Source: Podarcis filfolensis (Eukaryota). From it: a stretch of 64,000 nt of DNA. Location: the NCBI GenBank assembly GCA_964270895.1, contig OZ185440.1, one strand, 5' to 3'. This document shows, piece after piece, positions 22,421-35,948 of the stretch. A program made the position numbers and the translations under genes. Positions within the stretch are counted from its first letter, which is position 1; each line of letters starts with the position of its first letter. The notes beneath the pieces were generated by a model. That model did not search any database, had not been told where the DNA came from, and saw only the letters and a program-made list of their open reading frames with translations.

Positions 22421-25400
22421 GATTTACTGTTAAAGCCATCAGCTGCTTTAAATCTCATTAGTGATCCCAGTTAAAAGAAATCTACAGCAAGAGTTCAGTG
22501 CTTTGTGGCACATATTCCATTTAATCCAGATTGGATACATCAGGTACAGCAGTGGCACAAGACGCAGTACTGTAAATGATATACAAGTTTCAACATATGC
22601 ACTACAGTTTCAAAAGAAGACAACAGGAAACTTAGGATTCTTTAGAAAGTTTTTCTGAAACGAATCTACCTGCAGTTTTGTACAGTACAATTTTGTCTCG
22701 GTTGTGATGATTTGTAAGCAAAGCCCATTTAGAGTATGAAAATAGAAAATAATGCAGTTGAGAGAGAATTCTGGTAACAACATAAAACCTCTAGCGCAAA
22801 CACCATTGCATTGGAATGTCTCACTGATTTATCAAAAATATACCATCACACATGTTCTGTAATATATTTCATTGGTCCATGGAGCCAGCTGCAACTCCAG
22901 TCATGGTAACAACAGAGAACTGAGAAAAAGGATATACTACGGATCTTAATCTCTCAGCTGCATGGCTGTTTGACCTGCCGTGGCAAGCATTAGTCTGCAA
23001 AGGAAAAGAAAGCAATACACACATATGCGCACATACGCACAAAATTATGAAACCTTTGACTGAAAGCAAGACTAGAGGATTATTTGTCATTTGGTCCCAT
23101 GACTGATGACTACAATAATTAGACAAGAAAAACAAAAGAACTGTCGTGCTGTGTTAGGTCAACAGTAAATCTAGCCCCATGGTTCCTGAAATTCCACTCG
23201 ACAATGGACTTCTCCATCTTTGTGTCCAATTCACTCAATCTGGACTTGGAGATGAAGACAGCTTGACCTGCATGTCCCCTTTTTTCTCATAGCATCTCTG
23301 ACATCATGAGGAACCATCCACAAAAGATATCTTTCTTCTTTTGATGATTCCCCTTATAGCCTAAAGGAATTGCAGATCTTACTCTGGTTATTTGATATTT
23401 GTCATAGCTGAAGGCTTCAGAGTTTAACACCACAGAGTAATGACAGAGTCCCTTTGTTCCTCATTGTTTGATTTAAAAGGTGTGCCCATCTTAAGAGTTA
23501 AAAAATGCTGATCATCTTGATTAACGGCCATTGGTATATTTCCAACAATTTGTCTCCCTTAAAAACTAACTTCTCCAATCAGTAATTGCTCTAAATAATG
23601 AGACATCTTATTTGGCATCCCCCCTCGAGAAAACATTTTGTATACTTATTAAAGAGTTTTAATTGAGTTAACCAAATGATCATAAATTTAGCACTGAACT
23701 AGAGAGGAAGTTATTTTTAAAACTACCTGAATCTTATTGGTAGATAAACTGAGACGTTAAAAAGTCAGAGTGGCTTGTTCCAGGAGACACAGTGAGTCAT
23801 GAACAGAAGTTCTGATCAGCAGTTTTACGGCACAGTCCTAAGCATGTTTAATCAGAAGTCCTACTCAGTTCAATGGGACTTACTCCTACCTAAAGTGTAT
23901 AGAGGATAGTAGCCCTAATCACTGAACCAATCTAGAGGGAGTACCTCACTGGAGGTGACATTTGTCTATGGCCATTGCTATTGAAAACCTGAGTTACAAG
24001 GAGACGGTTCACTTTCCTATGACTGACTAGTTTTTGAGAGGGAAGAGAACAATAAGTTGATTATCTACTGATTTAAAAAGAACTCATTTTCCTGGGTAAT
24101 ACAAACCAACCGAAGATCTGTATACAATTACATCAATTGCAAAAAAAGGACACCTTTCTGTAGAAAAGTTTTGTACATCTAAGAAATACTCTTCAAAATT
24201 TTAAAATAAAAAATCCTCTTATTGCTTTTCTCTTTTTGGTGATTCCATGTCCCTCTTCTTTGTTTAATGGTTTTAAACTCAAAAATGGAAAAATTTGGTG
24301 GCAATATTAAAACACAAGATGGAATTTTTATTTTGTGTTGATGGAAAAGATGAGTTCAGTTGGATTTGCTCTATTGTTTTCGATCTGCTGTAGAGTTTGT
24401 TAGAATTTAGAGAGAGAGAGAAACTAGCTAACAGATTTTGGGCTCAGGAGGCTTGAGTCAGATTAAGATTTTGTCTATTTAGTTATTTCTCAATACATAG
24501 CAAAACAGTTGCAAATATTGTAAAAAGATCCATAATCCCCTACTTGAAAATGTAAGACTAAAGTCACATTCCCTAGGTTCTAAGATACTAAGCAGGGCAA
24601 TGATATTTCAGGGGGAGAATGTTCAGGTAGTCACATTTGAAATCCAAAGTTAAGTACTTTTGATTTCAATAGGTATGGTAAGCATACTGTATTTTTAAAT
24701 TTATCTATTGAAGTCAATGGGACTTAAAAGTACTTGGATTGTGCCCATTGTTTCTGATCCACCAGCCCCAATATACCCATTGATGTCCGCATATTCAGGA
24801 ACATCCCTTTTCTAAAATCTGGGGAATGCCATACACTTTCAAAATTCTCATGCACACTGGTCTCTTGGCAGAAGTGAAGAGAAGTTGTGGATCATACTGA
24901 CTGACAGCAGTGAGATGGTGTTTCAGGAATGGTGAATGGTCAGCATTTAGTTTGCAGTGATATGCTGGTACGGTAGGATGCCATATATGCAGGAAAATAT
25001 TTTTGTCCAATTCTGCTTATGAAAAGTAATAGTCATATGAAATGTGATGCCAACTGCCAAGTGGCAGGAAGAAATGAATGTTTCAGAGCCCGTTTGGGAT
25101 GGAAAATGCACTAGATCACTGGTTTTCTAAGACGAGAGAGAAAACACATAGCTGGATACGTCTAGGAAGGGCAAAATGATGGGTAGCACAGAAACCACAT
25201 CTTACTTCACAACCAACAGGTTTGGAACTATTGCTGCTTTTTCTCACCCAGTTGTGGGACTCCAGGAGCTGGAGTTATTAGACAGTATCCACTGTTCTTC
25301 CCTTGCATATATGGAAGGAGCATTGCATTCATGCACCTTTCCGAACCTTTCCATAGGAGTAATTCTCCTGTGCCTTTCACAGAGCAAAGACATTATTTAC

Positions 25401-26574
25401 CTCCCACTATTATTAAAATAACAGGCTGCACATCCTACAGCTACACTGCTAAAATCCAATAGAAGTCAATGTGATTTCAGCAGACTAATGTCTTGAGGAG
25501 GGGGACTGATGATGCAGACTGTTAATACTTCTGTATGTCTTTGCAGGAGGTATATTGCCTGGGACTTTTCAAGTGCTCCCTCAAGTGCACCACACACATG
25601 CCAAGGTCATGCTATAGATGGGCAAAAAGAAGTAACATTCCATCATTCCAAGAGACTAGACCAATTTTCCAAGCGACCATTGAACCCTCATTTACATTTG
25701 TGGGTTTGATGCAGACAAATTCATTTTGGAGGCTTGTAAGAAAAACCAAATTATGAAAACATCAGAATATTGAAATAAAGATCCTGATCCGCCAAACACC
25801 AATTTTCCAGTTTGCAAATTTGAATATTCTGGTGTTCTGATTTGCTGGAGCCATACAACAAAACCAAGAAACATGGAATTCTTGAAGTAAAGGCACACTC
25901 TTCTAGAATGCTCAGTTATAAAGAACTGCATGAAAAGCTCCACTTGCCAAAATGCCTTCTCCTGCAGAATAGGAAAGGTACAGGGTCCCCATCTCATCTG
26001 GCGACTACTAGTTCAGTATTGGCCTACTTGCTGTGATTTCTCATACTGGTCATGGATTGCAATGGTTAATGGCATCATAGTGCCTGTTGCTGTGTTCCTA
26101 TAGCAGGGCATGCACTTGGCTAAAGGTTCATTTACTAGTGCATGGCAGCAGTGCTTTACTCAGCACTTGCACTCTTACTGCAGACCCACATTTGCCTACT
26201 GCCTCCCTGCAATGCTGCTGAACAAATACTTTTGCCATGGTGCAGGGAGGCAAAAGAGCCAGAGGCGGTCCTTTTCAGTCCATCCTGTAGGCCATGCGTG
26301 ATAAGAACCATAACTCTGCATTGGAGATGGGAGTAGAAGTTTTTTTAGAAGGACTGGTTAGTATTGGACTGCGGCTTAATGAAGCCAGGCTCTTCTCCCC
26401 ATATAAACTGTCATTTTATACCAATTACATAATCTGCAATCTTGTGATGAAAAGGGTTTGCTGTGACATATCCTGCATGTGCAAGGACACCTTGCATTTT
26501 AGCCTCCCTTTGCACAGATGTAAAAAGTCAATGCAATGTGTCAAGGGTAGTGAAGGACCAAGCTTCAAATTGAC

Positions 26575-26760
26575 TAGGCAAGAGGTATAATGAGATGTGA
26601 TGAAGTTAAACGAAGCAAAGGAAAGTTTAAATTGGGCATCACAGAGACTCTTATGGGTCAGTTCTCGTAGACTGTGCACCAGTTTCACTAGGGAAATGGC
26701 AAAAGTTTGCTTTCACTGGAGTGAATTAAACGGGATCACCCATGAGATAATGGAATGATT
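26575..26760 (+). mobile_element. Very old CR1/L3 fragment
   Basis: ggaaagtttaaattgggcatcacagagac...cagtttcactagggaaatgg resembles the CR1 ORF2 end (GRFRLDIRK.F...WNxLP). Confidence 0.4.
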
Positions 26761-27142
26761 GGACTCGAGGACAATGTAGTACTTAATTTCTGAAATCAGA
26801 GGTACCAGAGCTGAAGTTTGTTCGCCACTGGCCCACAAACCTTTCCCCTAATCCTAGATGTGTGGGACTGGGGATAGGGGAGAGATACTACTCTGCAGAC
26901 ACTCAAAAGGCACATCCTTTACTTGTTCCAAGGCTAAACTGTGGCATTGAAAAAGGGTTCTTGGACAAACATTAGGGGGGTAAATTAAGGCCTGTCTCAT
27001 ATTACTAGAACAGTGGCTTTTAAAAACTGTGTCCTTGGAACCTTCAGTTCCTCAGAAGCTTATTGGGAATTTCTTGATAAGAAGACTGTTTCATGATGAT
27101 AATAAATAACAAGATGAAAGATGAAAAAATATTTTTAAATAA

Positions 27143-27395
27143 TTCCAGTGGCACATCAACTAAATATAAGCTTTCAAGGTATGAGCTTTCATGTGTAATA
27201 CATACTTCGTCAGATACTCTGAAGCAGAGGTCGCTTCAACCTTATAACTATTGATGACTGTTATAACAGTTGGTCCCACAGGGAAGTTGATCTTTAAGGT
27301 GCCACTGGAATTATTAAAAAAATATTTTTTCATCTTTCATCTTGTTATTTATTATGACTATGACAGATCAACACGGCTGTCCACCTGAATCTGTT
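27143..27395. mobile_element. Penelope-like element remnant with inverted partial repeat
   Basis: aattccagtggcac (27143) and gtgccactggaatt (about 27299-27312) are inverted; gatcaacacggctgtccacctg and gagctttc..ttcgtcagatac resemble the 12494-12626 element. Confidence 0.6.
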
Positions 27396-27722
27396 TCATG
27401 ATGGACAAGTTCACATGTCCACCATTGCCATTTTTTCCTTACAACACAGTGACACAGTTGAATATTTTAAGGTGGACGTTCAGTATGTGCAGGACAATGT
27501 AGGCCTAACTGGCTTGGTTGTCACCTGGCATCACCTGTTGTCTTCTAGGATTGAGCTTGCAAGGGATTCTGTGGCCAATGCACCAAAATTCCTTGTTTGA
27601 AAGCTGAAGATGGAAGGGATTTTGGAATAAACAAAAACATAGCACTATAAGGTATCTGAGAAAAAAAGAAATAAACTAAGAAACAAGTTCGTTGTTAGTA
27701 GGTATCATACGTTACATTAAGT

Positions 27723-27775
27723 TTTAATTTTATTTGGCTGAAAGGTACATTTCATTAGACCTAGTTGTTTTTATT
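27723..27775 (-). terminator. KCND3: Candidate KCND3 polyadenylation signal cluster
   Basis: On minus: AATAAA (27770-27775), then AATAAA (27729-27734) directly followed by ATTAAA (27723-27728), with a U-rich downstream element at about 27660-27690. Confidence 0.5.
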
Positions 27776-29956
27776 CCTTTTTGTGGCTTCCAAGCACTAT
27801 TTGCTCAATGCTTTTAATTTAGATGCCGAAAAGCAAATCAGAATAGAAGTCTGAAAATAAAGACGATTCCCTCCTCCCCAATTGGAGCTGCTTATTATAT
27901 TTTTTCTGAACATGATGTTGGGTTTGCAAAACCTCCATGTTTTCACAGCAACACAATTTCAGGATCAAAAACATTCTGGGCCACATTTTGTGATGGTTTG
28001 CCAAAAATGAAAGCTGCAAAGCTGCAAAAGACATTATGGGATACACAACCTAAAATACATTTGGAAAAAATTGAAAGGTTAAATGAGTCCGAAAAGGTTA
28101 ATAAATCGTGTAAAATTTGTGACGAAAGAACACAATCCACAGAGCTCTGTATTATTGTAAGCCTTGTTGACATGGATAGAAGTCCCACAGGTTTGCACCC
28201 AGGGGAGGTACATTATGAGAACATCGGTATAAAACCTTATAGCTGGTTATGACTCACAGTCCTACGCTTTCTAAACAGTATAACAATATTTTAACAATTG
28301 GTGAACTATTTCTGAAACATATTTAACCATCTATTAACAGTGTTTTATAAATTGCTTAGAAATGGTACTCTAATATAAAGTAGATCCCAACAATCTAGAA
28401 GCGATCCTCCTCTTTGGCAGGAAATGATGCTTTAACAAGGGAAAGTCAAATATTGTTAAATTGCTTTATCCATCAAACTGATGCAACCCAGAGACTGTCA
28501 CTAAGAGCCACAGGACTGTATTACAAAATGAAACACACTATCAGTCCATGCAAAACAGTTGGCTCCTGAAGTAATCCTACCAAGGACAGTTTCCACTGAC
28601 TATCTGGCTACTATATACAATGGGAGACACTTCCAATACTATTAAATAAACACATATAAAACAGAAAAAAGAAAGAAAGCATGGGCATAGATTACAGAGT
28701 ATTTCTGAACATCTGGCGCAGTTGCTTTGACTGATTTTGCCCTCTTTGAAACTTGTGTGTACAAGATTAAAAAATAAAATCCCCCCTAGGCTTACTTCTT
28801 TAGACTTTTTAAAAAATACAGAACTGGTTATTCTAGTCACACTCTTTACAAGCCAGTGATAACAAAATAATTTTTTTAAAAGCAGAAAATTGTGGTGGAC
28901 TACAAATGCCTGTCTTTTCCCCAACAAATATTCCCCCCCCCAGCACATACAATAATTAGCAGACAAATACACTGTTTGCAACTGCAATTTGTGTTGAATT
29001 AAAAGGCAATTACAGAAAAAAACAAAACCCTGTCTTAAGAAAGAATGCCATCCACAATGAGAGTTTTATTGGTGCTTGTGTGTGTGTGACTGCATGCAGG
29101 TCTCTATTTTTGCTACTGCGCACTAAAGGCTGAAGCCTGCAAAGACACACTCATGCAAGAAAAGGGTACACAGTGAGTAGAACCCCTGGCTCTATAGGCA
29201 CTACTTAAAGCTTGTCGTGGACCATGCAGATGGTACGTCTTTGCAGGGTTGAGCCCAGAAACAGGAAAGTGTGCTCAGATCTTTTGTAGTCGGAGTGTGC
29301 CAAGTTTTACGAATCCTCTTGCTTGCTCTCACCCACACACGCACTCACAAAAGAATGAAAACCAAATTCTCGTGACAAGGTGGCTTTTTTTTTTTTTTTT
29401 GCCTAAAACCTTCAGCTATAAAAGAAAGCAAATGTGTACTTTTGGTTGATTAAAAGATCCTGCTGCATGAAGGAAATAATAATAATCACAAAATCCGTTT
29501 TTTTTTCTAATCACCTTTTTCAGTCATATCCTCATGAATAAATATTATCCATTAAAAACCATTGAAAAGGTGCTGAGATACACAGTGTTATAATTCTGCT
29601 TCTGTATTGACTTTCTCGTAGCTATGACAGGATGTCTCTTCCACTTTCTGGAAACTCTTCTATGCCCCACAGCCGGGAACATTTCTTCTTCTTGTTGACA
29701 GACAAAAGAGAGCTCCTTCCAGCCAGCCCCTTCTAGCTTCCCAGTTCTTCTGAGCTCACTCTGCAGCATGAACGTGAGTTTGAAGGAAGCTGCCCTACCA
29801 GGCTCCCGCAGTTAATTCTTAGATGCCGGTCAGGTTGGTCTAGCTGTCCACCCAGCCACTCATCTAGGCACAATTTGCAGCAAAGGAGGAACATGGAGGT
29901 GGGGAAAGGGAGAGAAACGCCGGCCTTCCAAGCAGCCTCCTTTGACCGACACAGCC

Positions 29957-30158
29957 TTACAAAGCCGACACCTTGACAATGTTGCTGCTCGTAGCGGTAA
30001 TGTTCGTTGAGTGGCCGGGGCTGGATGGGGCAGGCCTGCTTTCGCCTTCTGGGGTCAGTGCTGGAGGCGTCGGGATGCTGATGATTGCTGTGGTTATTTG
30101 GGAGGCTTTGCAGTTCGGTCTCAGCCCATCGTCTGATTTCATATTTAGGCTGGATCGA
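29957..30158 (-). CDS. KCND3: Kv4.3 last coding exon (202 nt; human exon 8 equivalent)
   Basis: [42 protein letters not shown]...NIVKVSAL*; ttttag/ acceptor; C-terminal PDZ-binding VSAL. Confidence 0.97.
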
Positions 30159-30244
30159 CTAAAAGACAAAAGACAGCCGGGGGTGGGGTGGGGAGGATTA
30201 AAAGGACCAGAAGTTGCAAGCTGTTTGTCACAAGGGTTGGATAA

Positions 30245-30592
30245 AAAGGTAAAGGGACCCCTGACCATTAGGTCCAGTCGTGACCGACTCTGGGGTTGCA
30301 GCGCTCATCTCGCTTTATTGGCCAAGGGAGCCAGCGTACAGCTTCCGGGTCATGTGGCCAGCATGACTAAGCCGCTTCTGGTGAACCAGAGCAGCGCATG
30401 GAAACGCCATTTACCTTCCCGCCAGAGTGGTACCTATTTATCTACTTGCACTTTGACGTGCTTTCGAACTGCTAGGTGGGCAGGAGCAGGGACCGAGCAA
30501 CGGGAGCTCACCCTGTCGTGGGGATTCGAACCACCGACCTGATTGGCAAGCCCTAGTCTCTGTGGTTTAACCCACAGCACCACCCGCGTCCC
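30245..30592 (-). mobile_element. Sauria SINE, full length, last KCND3 intron
   Basis: Standard head, body and tail; 13-bp TSD caag(g/t)gttggata (30231-30243, 30595-30607). Confidence 0.95.
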
Positions 30593-32013
30593 TCCAAGTG
30601 TTGGATATCCTCGCGCGATATTGTCTTTCTTAGAGGTTGTAAAGACTAAAGGCTAAAACTGGGTGGTGGACTGCAAAGGACTCTATGCAGCTAGGAACCT
30701 CTTCAAGCCCAGTTGGGGACATGGGAGATTTCTTGATAAATTGGCAGTACTGTAAAGGCATGGATGCATTCAGCAAGACAGGTCTAAATTCCAAAAGCCA
30801 GCATTTGGGGTCCTCCTTTCTGTTCTTTGGTTTTAGCCTGGAGGCTGTGGTGCAGCCTGCCCCATCAATGCATCTTGGGACAAGCTGCACCCAATGAGTT
30901 TCTGCTCAAGAGGTAGGTACTAAAGGCACAGTTAAAAAAACAAAAAACCCTTTGCCACCCAAAATACCTGGACAGTAAAAATGGGAGACTGCAACCTCCT
31001 CCAACCTGTAATTGAGGACTAGCCAAGAAAAACACATATATTGCCCATAGCTGATCTAAAAGCAACCTAAATAGGGAACAACACAGATTCATTCTTCACA
31101 CTGATTAACGTCAACATGGAATCCTATCTTGTTGGGTCTAGCTGTTGAATATTCTGCCCAATTAATGGTTAATCCTGCTTTTGTTTCTGCAGCATGTCTA
31201 CCCTTACAGGTCATCCTAGATTACTTGGCTGCCATTCTGTCTCTTTACTCCTTGCCCGGCTCAAATATCACTCTGCAGAAGTCCTAAGGGCTTGGCAGCT
31301 AGAAACATTCCTATTAAGAGCTGCACTGGTTGCATCCTATGATTAATTATGGAGTGGAAATGATAGGGTTGCTCCATAGCCAACTGCCTATCTGGATTTC
31401 AATACAAAGACAAAAAACTCTTTCAGTATGAAACCCTGGCTGTAATCTTAGAGTGACTTACGAAGAGGATCTTCCGAAACCTCAGTCATTCTAGGTATAT
31501 CAGTAGGATCCTTACAATGGTTCAGTGCTCTTGACAGTTGCCAGCTGTACCCACACCCAAAATAAGGCACATATCATTAGGTTGAACTGAGGCTACAGCT
31601 TTCTTTATTTTATGAAGGCAATCTTCCCAAAATATGGAACTTCAGAGCTTGCAAACCTTTGGGTGCAGGCAACAAGCTTTTGCCTCCCTACATTTATAGG
31701 GGAGCATGACCCCCACTCCTTGTCTGTATCTGACTCTTTCTGTTCAGACTTCTAGCTGTGTTGAAGAGGGATATTTACTGCTGCTCCCCTGAGCCCCAAA
31801 GTTCTGGCTGCATAATGCAAACAAGCTGCAGAAAAGAAAAGGTATGACGCCCAGTGCCCCCTTACCTCACCTAGCTACACCTCTGGATTAGGCAGATTCA
31901 TGGAGGAGAGGGCTGTCGAAGGCTACTAGCCATAAAGGCTGTGCTCTGCCTGCAAAGTTGGAGACAGCAATGCTTCTGGTTTCTGGAAATCACTCGAGGG
32001 CAGAGTGCTCCTG

Positions 32014-32152
32014 CAGTGGCGTAGGAAGGGGCATGCAGGGGATGCAGGAGTTATTTTTTCTAAAACACGTATTTTTACCATTTTGTCACACCCCCCAGTG
32101 ATGACACCGGGGGTGGCCTGCACCCACCGCACACCCCCTTCCTACGCCACTG
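32014..32152. mobile_element. MITE with perfect 18-bp TIRs (139 bp), inside a CR1-like 3' remnant
   Basis: cagtggcgtaggaagggg / ccccttcctacgccactg; no clear TSD. Confidence 0.75.
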
Positions 32153-32378
32153 TCTCCCCCATCTCAGTGCCTCTAGGTGCTCTCCAGCGATTGCCCTTTC
32201 ACCTCTTTCTCCACTCTGATCTGCCTGTTGCGGCCAGGATCCTATTACCTATCTTCCCATCACCAGTGAATGCTAACTACCATTGTCCTGATGGAGCAGA
32301 TAAAAGATAAAGAATAATCTGGAACCAACCTGGGATAAATTCCTACTCTGCACATTTGCATTCAGCTAACCTTGTACT

Positions 32379-32631
32379 GGGACTTGGGTGGCGCTGTGGG
32401 TTAAACCACAGAGCCTAGGACTTGCCAATCAGAAGGTTGGTGGTTCAAATCTCCGCGATGGGGTGAGCTCCCGTTGTTCGGTCCCTGCTCCTGCCCACCT
32501 AGCAGTTCAAAAGCACGTCAAAGTGCAAGTAGATAAATAGGTACCGCTCCGGCGGGAAGGTAAACGGCGTTTCCGTGCGCTGCTCTGGTTCGCCAGAAGC
32601 GGCTTAGTCATGCTGGCCACATGACCCGGAA
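32379..32631 (+). mobile_element. Sauria SINE, 3'-truncated
   Basis: Head and body match the other copies; ends at catgacccggaa with no tail. Confidence 0.92.
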
Positions 32632-34278
32632 TGCTCTCTTGCACAGGTGTAGAAATTGCAATCATTCTCATTTGAATGATGAAAACAGTTTGTTGGATTG
32701 AAGTCAGGACTCATTATCCATTTGAAAATCATAAGCATAGTAAAATCTGACCTGAGAACTGATTGATTTTGCGTTCTGGTAGTATCACTACTTGTATGTG
32801 GTTTTAGGAGGGGCCACAGAATTATTAATTTTATATCCCCCAACAGGGGGATCTGTGTGCTGTGCAGATGTCAGTGTTGGGTTGGGGAGGGTCCAGATGG
32901 TAGAATAAGCTTAGAAAATAGTATGAGCCACATTAAAAAGTGCAAAGAATGGTTTGCTATTATCCTATATGTCCTTAGCCTGAAGCAGATACACAAATTA
33001 AATGTGGGATGAAGAAATCGACCCACTCACAACACTACTGCACTTTCTTTTGCCACTTCAATTTTTAAGAATTAAGAAATTTCAGTTATCACCCATTTCC
33101 TGCTGTACACAACCATATTACCTGCAATCAAACCAATATATATTTCAGATTATTCCTATATGAACAGTTGCCTAACCCATATACCGTCCTCATTTCATTT
33201 AATAGTTGCATAACAGGAAAATATTAGCAGGTATCATTTTCGCCCCAGAACAGCATCTCCCTGGCAATAAGATCTGCAGCTGCTCATTTCTGCTTATTAT
33301 GCAGCAAGGGCAAGTGTATATTAAAATTATCTTTCTCTTCCAGCAGTGTAGGCTTGACTGCTTTCTCCTTAAACACTATACAAGATCTCATTTGCTTTTG
33401 ACATAAGCTGCCCTGACTGTAGGCTGATTCACACAACAACATGTTGGCCTATGTAAGAGTTTATTTCACAGTGAATTGTTGGTATTTTTAATAGCCTTGC
33501 AATGCTTAATATGATTCCAGACGGCAACTCTCCACATCTGACTCACTTTCTGAACGTTTTTCAGGAGGCAGAAAATTGCGATGTTTCGCCACGTTGAATG
33601 GGCCTTACGAATGTCCATGGCGGAAATCACCAAAGAAAGGTAGATTCAGATGCCTGGGTGTCACATGCTAGCCACTTAAAAGCTTACTATATGGTGCCTG
33701 AAACTGCTTAGGGGAAATGGTTATTTGTAGATTCTTAATCCTAGCATTACCAGCCATCTGCTTCCTGGCAACTGCCATGATACAGTAATGCTGAGAGTAG
33801 AGACATCTACCTCCCCACAGGGAGGTGCCAAACACTCATTTTCTGTATCTGTAACCCCCCACTTGTAGAATGTGAAAATGCGCAGTGCAAATCCTCATGC
33901 ACGATTTTAAAAATGTCTTCCAATTTGCACTAAATTTCATTTCAGCTCTGCTATGCAGGACTTGTGGCATGGGAATGAAGGAATGGGTTTCCCAAACCCA
34001 AAAACTGACTCTGCAGGCAGTTTGAAACGGCCACCAAAATCCCTATTTTTCCTTAGCTAAAATCCATTAACTTGAGCTCTGAGTCAATGTATAAACAAGT
34101 GCTCAGAGCCCTCTCCTTTATCAGTTTGTGATGGCAAGGATGATCTTGGCTGTTCTAGTGGAGTAGGGATGACATGTCTAGGTCTTACGTCCTGACGCAC
34201 AGACCTACTCCGGGAACAGTGCCAGAGTGTGTTCTTGGAGTTGGTGACCTCTTGCTCCAAGATAAGAGTGTAAGAACA

Positions 34279-34365
34279 GGAATAACCTTTTATGGTCAGA
34301 AGTACAGGAAGGAATACCCTTTTATGGTCAGAAGTACAGAAAGGAAAACCCTTTTATGGTTAAGA
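34279..34365. repeat. 32-bp minisatellite, about 2.7 copies
   Basis: ggaata(a/c)ccttttatggtcagaagtacag(g/a)aa units start at 34279, 34311 and 34343. Confidence 0.85.
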
Positions 34366-34765
34366 GTAACCAGAGCAGGACCATGTGTGATGTCAACCTG
34401 TATGCATAAGCTGACGTGGCTGGATTCCTGGGGAGGGGGGAGAGGGTGCCTGGAGGATATATATACTGCATGAAATTTCTCATTTCTTTGGATTTGCTGT
34501 GGACTGACCACGCAAGTGCCTTTCTGCTGCTCCGGAGAGCAGAAATAAAGAACTCTTTCTCTGAACCAACCCTCGGTGTCATTTGACTTCCTTCCTCCTG
34601 TCCGGGAGCAACGCAGACCCAATCGGTGAACTCCAATAAGACTACAGGAAAAGCATCCCGGATGCCAGCTCAACACACTGCCTGAATGAACTTGTCCCTG
34701 CTTGGGCTCAGAGACATGTCTGCTAAAACCCTCTTTCCTAGACCAAGGGGTTCCTCCTACCGTAC

Positions 34766-35013
34766 CTTGTTGTAAGTGAGGGCTGCTCACTGCACTGGAT
34801 GTGTATGGTGCTGAGCTCTTGCATGCTCCGCAGCCGGGTCGCTGGCACACTGGAATTAGGGAGGTGGGTTGTCTTCTTGCTGCGGCGGGAACAGCAGGAG
34901 GTGCTCAGGCCTTGGTGGCTCGAAAGGGAGGGGCTGCGGCTGGACGGGTAATTCTGCATCGAGCTCTCCAGGCAGTTCTGCTCAAACATCTGCTCGTCAA
35001 TGAACTCATGGTT
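34766..35013 (-). CDS. KCND3: Kv4.3 exon (248 nt; human exon 7 equivalent)
   Basis: [33 protein letters not shown]...[23 protein letters not shown]; ctgacag/ acceptor and AG/gtacgg donor. Confidence 0.97.
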
Positions 35014-35914
35014 CTGTCAGGGAGAACGTCAGCAAATGTCAGGAACTTCCTGAGATGACTTTAAACAACCACCGCCACCACCCAGAGGGCGACTAAACTT
35101 TCAAACAAGGACCTTTGCATATTCTGTTTGGTCGTGCTTTTGGGAACCATGACATAACTCTCTTTCGAGAAGCCAATTGGCTCTTCAGCATTTGGCTGGT
35201 GGCACTTCCTGTAATGTTGAAATGGACACTTGCAGATGGAAACGTGCTCTATCCATCCATATCTACAGCCAACATATTTTTTTTCCTGCTCAGGTTCCTT
35301 CTCAGGCATTGGCAGGAAGTGCCGCCATTGTAGCTGAAGGTGGAAGACACTTATGCATTTGCTCAGTGGTCCTTCAGGTAATATCTGAAATGCGTTTGAT
35401 TTCTGCTTATTTTCCCAAGGAAACCTGCTTTTTGAACACATATGTGCCCTTCTCATCCAACCAGTTTATACCCAGATACTGGCTGAGAGAGCTTTTTTCA
35501 TTATGGATTAACTTCGCAGCCATAATTGTATGAGGAGCCCCAAATAGAAATGTCCTTGAGGGCTGCCCCTTGACTGTGGAACTTTCTTCTCTTGGCAGTA
35601 CCTGAGTCTGCAATGCTGATATTGATTGAGTTTTTAGATGTGTTTTGGGTTTACTATGCTTCAAAAATAAGCCTATAAACAGACATTCAGGATTTTGTTC
35701 AGTGCCCAAATATTCAGCAACAGGAGTGTCTGTGCCAGAGCTAATGGCATGATGATCATATCTAGTATGACTGAATTCCTCAAGGGTGTATAAGATCATC
35801 TGGTTGTGATCTTGTCACTGCTAAGAACTACTCCTATTTGTGTCTTCCTCCATCTCCTATGCCTTATAAGTTGTCTACCGATATTAATGTTGTTGGGCAG
35901 GATAAAAATCCTGA

Positions 35915-35948
35915 AATTAATTAATTAATTAATTAATTAATTAATTAA
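35915..35948. repeat. (AATT)n self-complementary microsatellite
   Basis: About 8 perfect AATT units. Confidence 0.9.

Noticed and set aside
29973-30542. 189-aa plus-strand ORF
   Set aside because: Antisense shadow of the KCND3 last exon fused to Sauria SINE sequence
34801-35058. 85-aa plus-strand ORF
   Set aside because: Antisense frame of KCND3 exon 7
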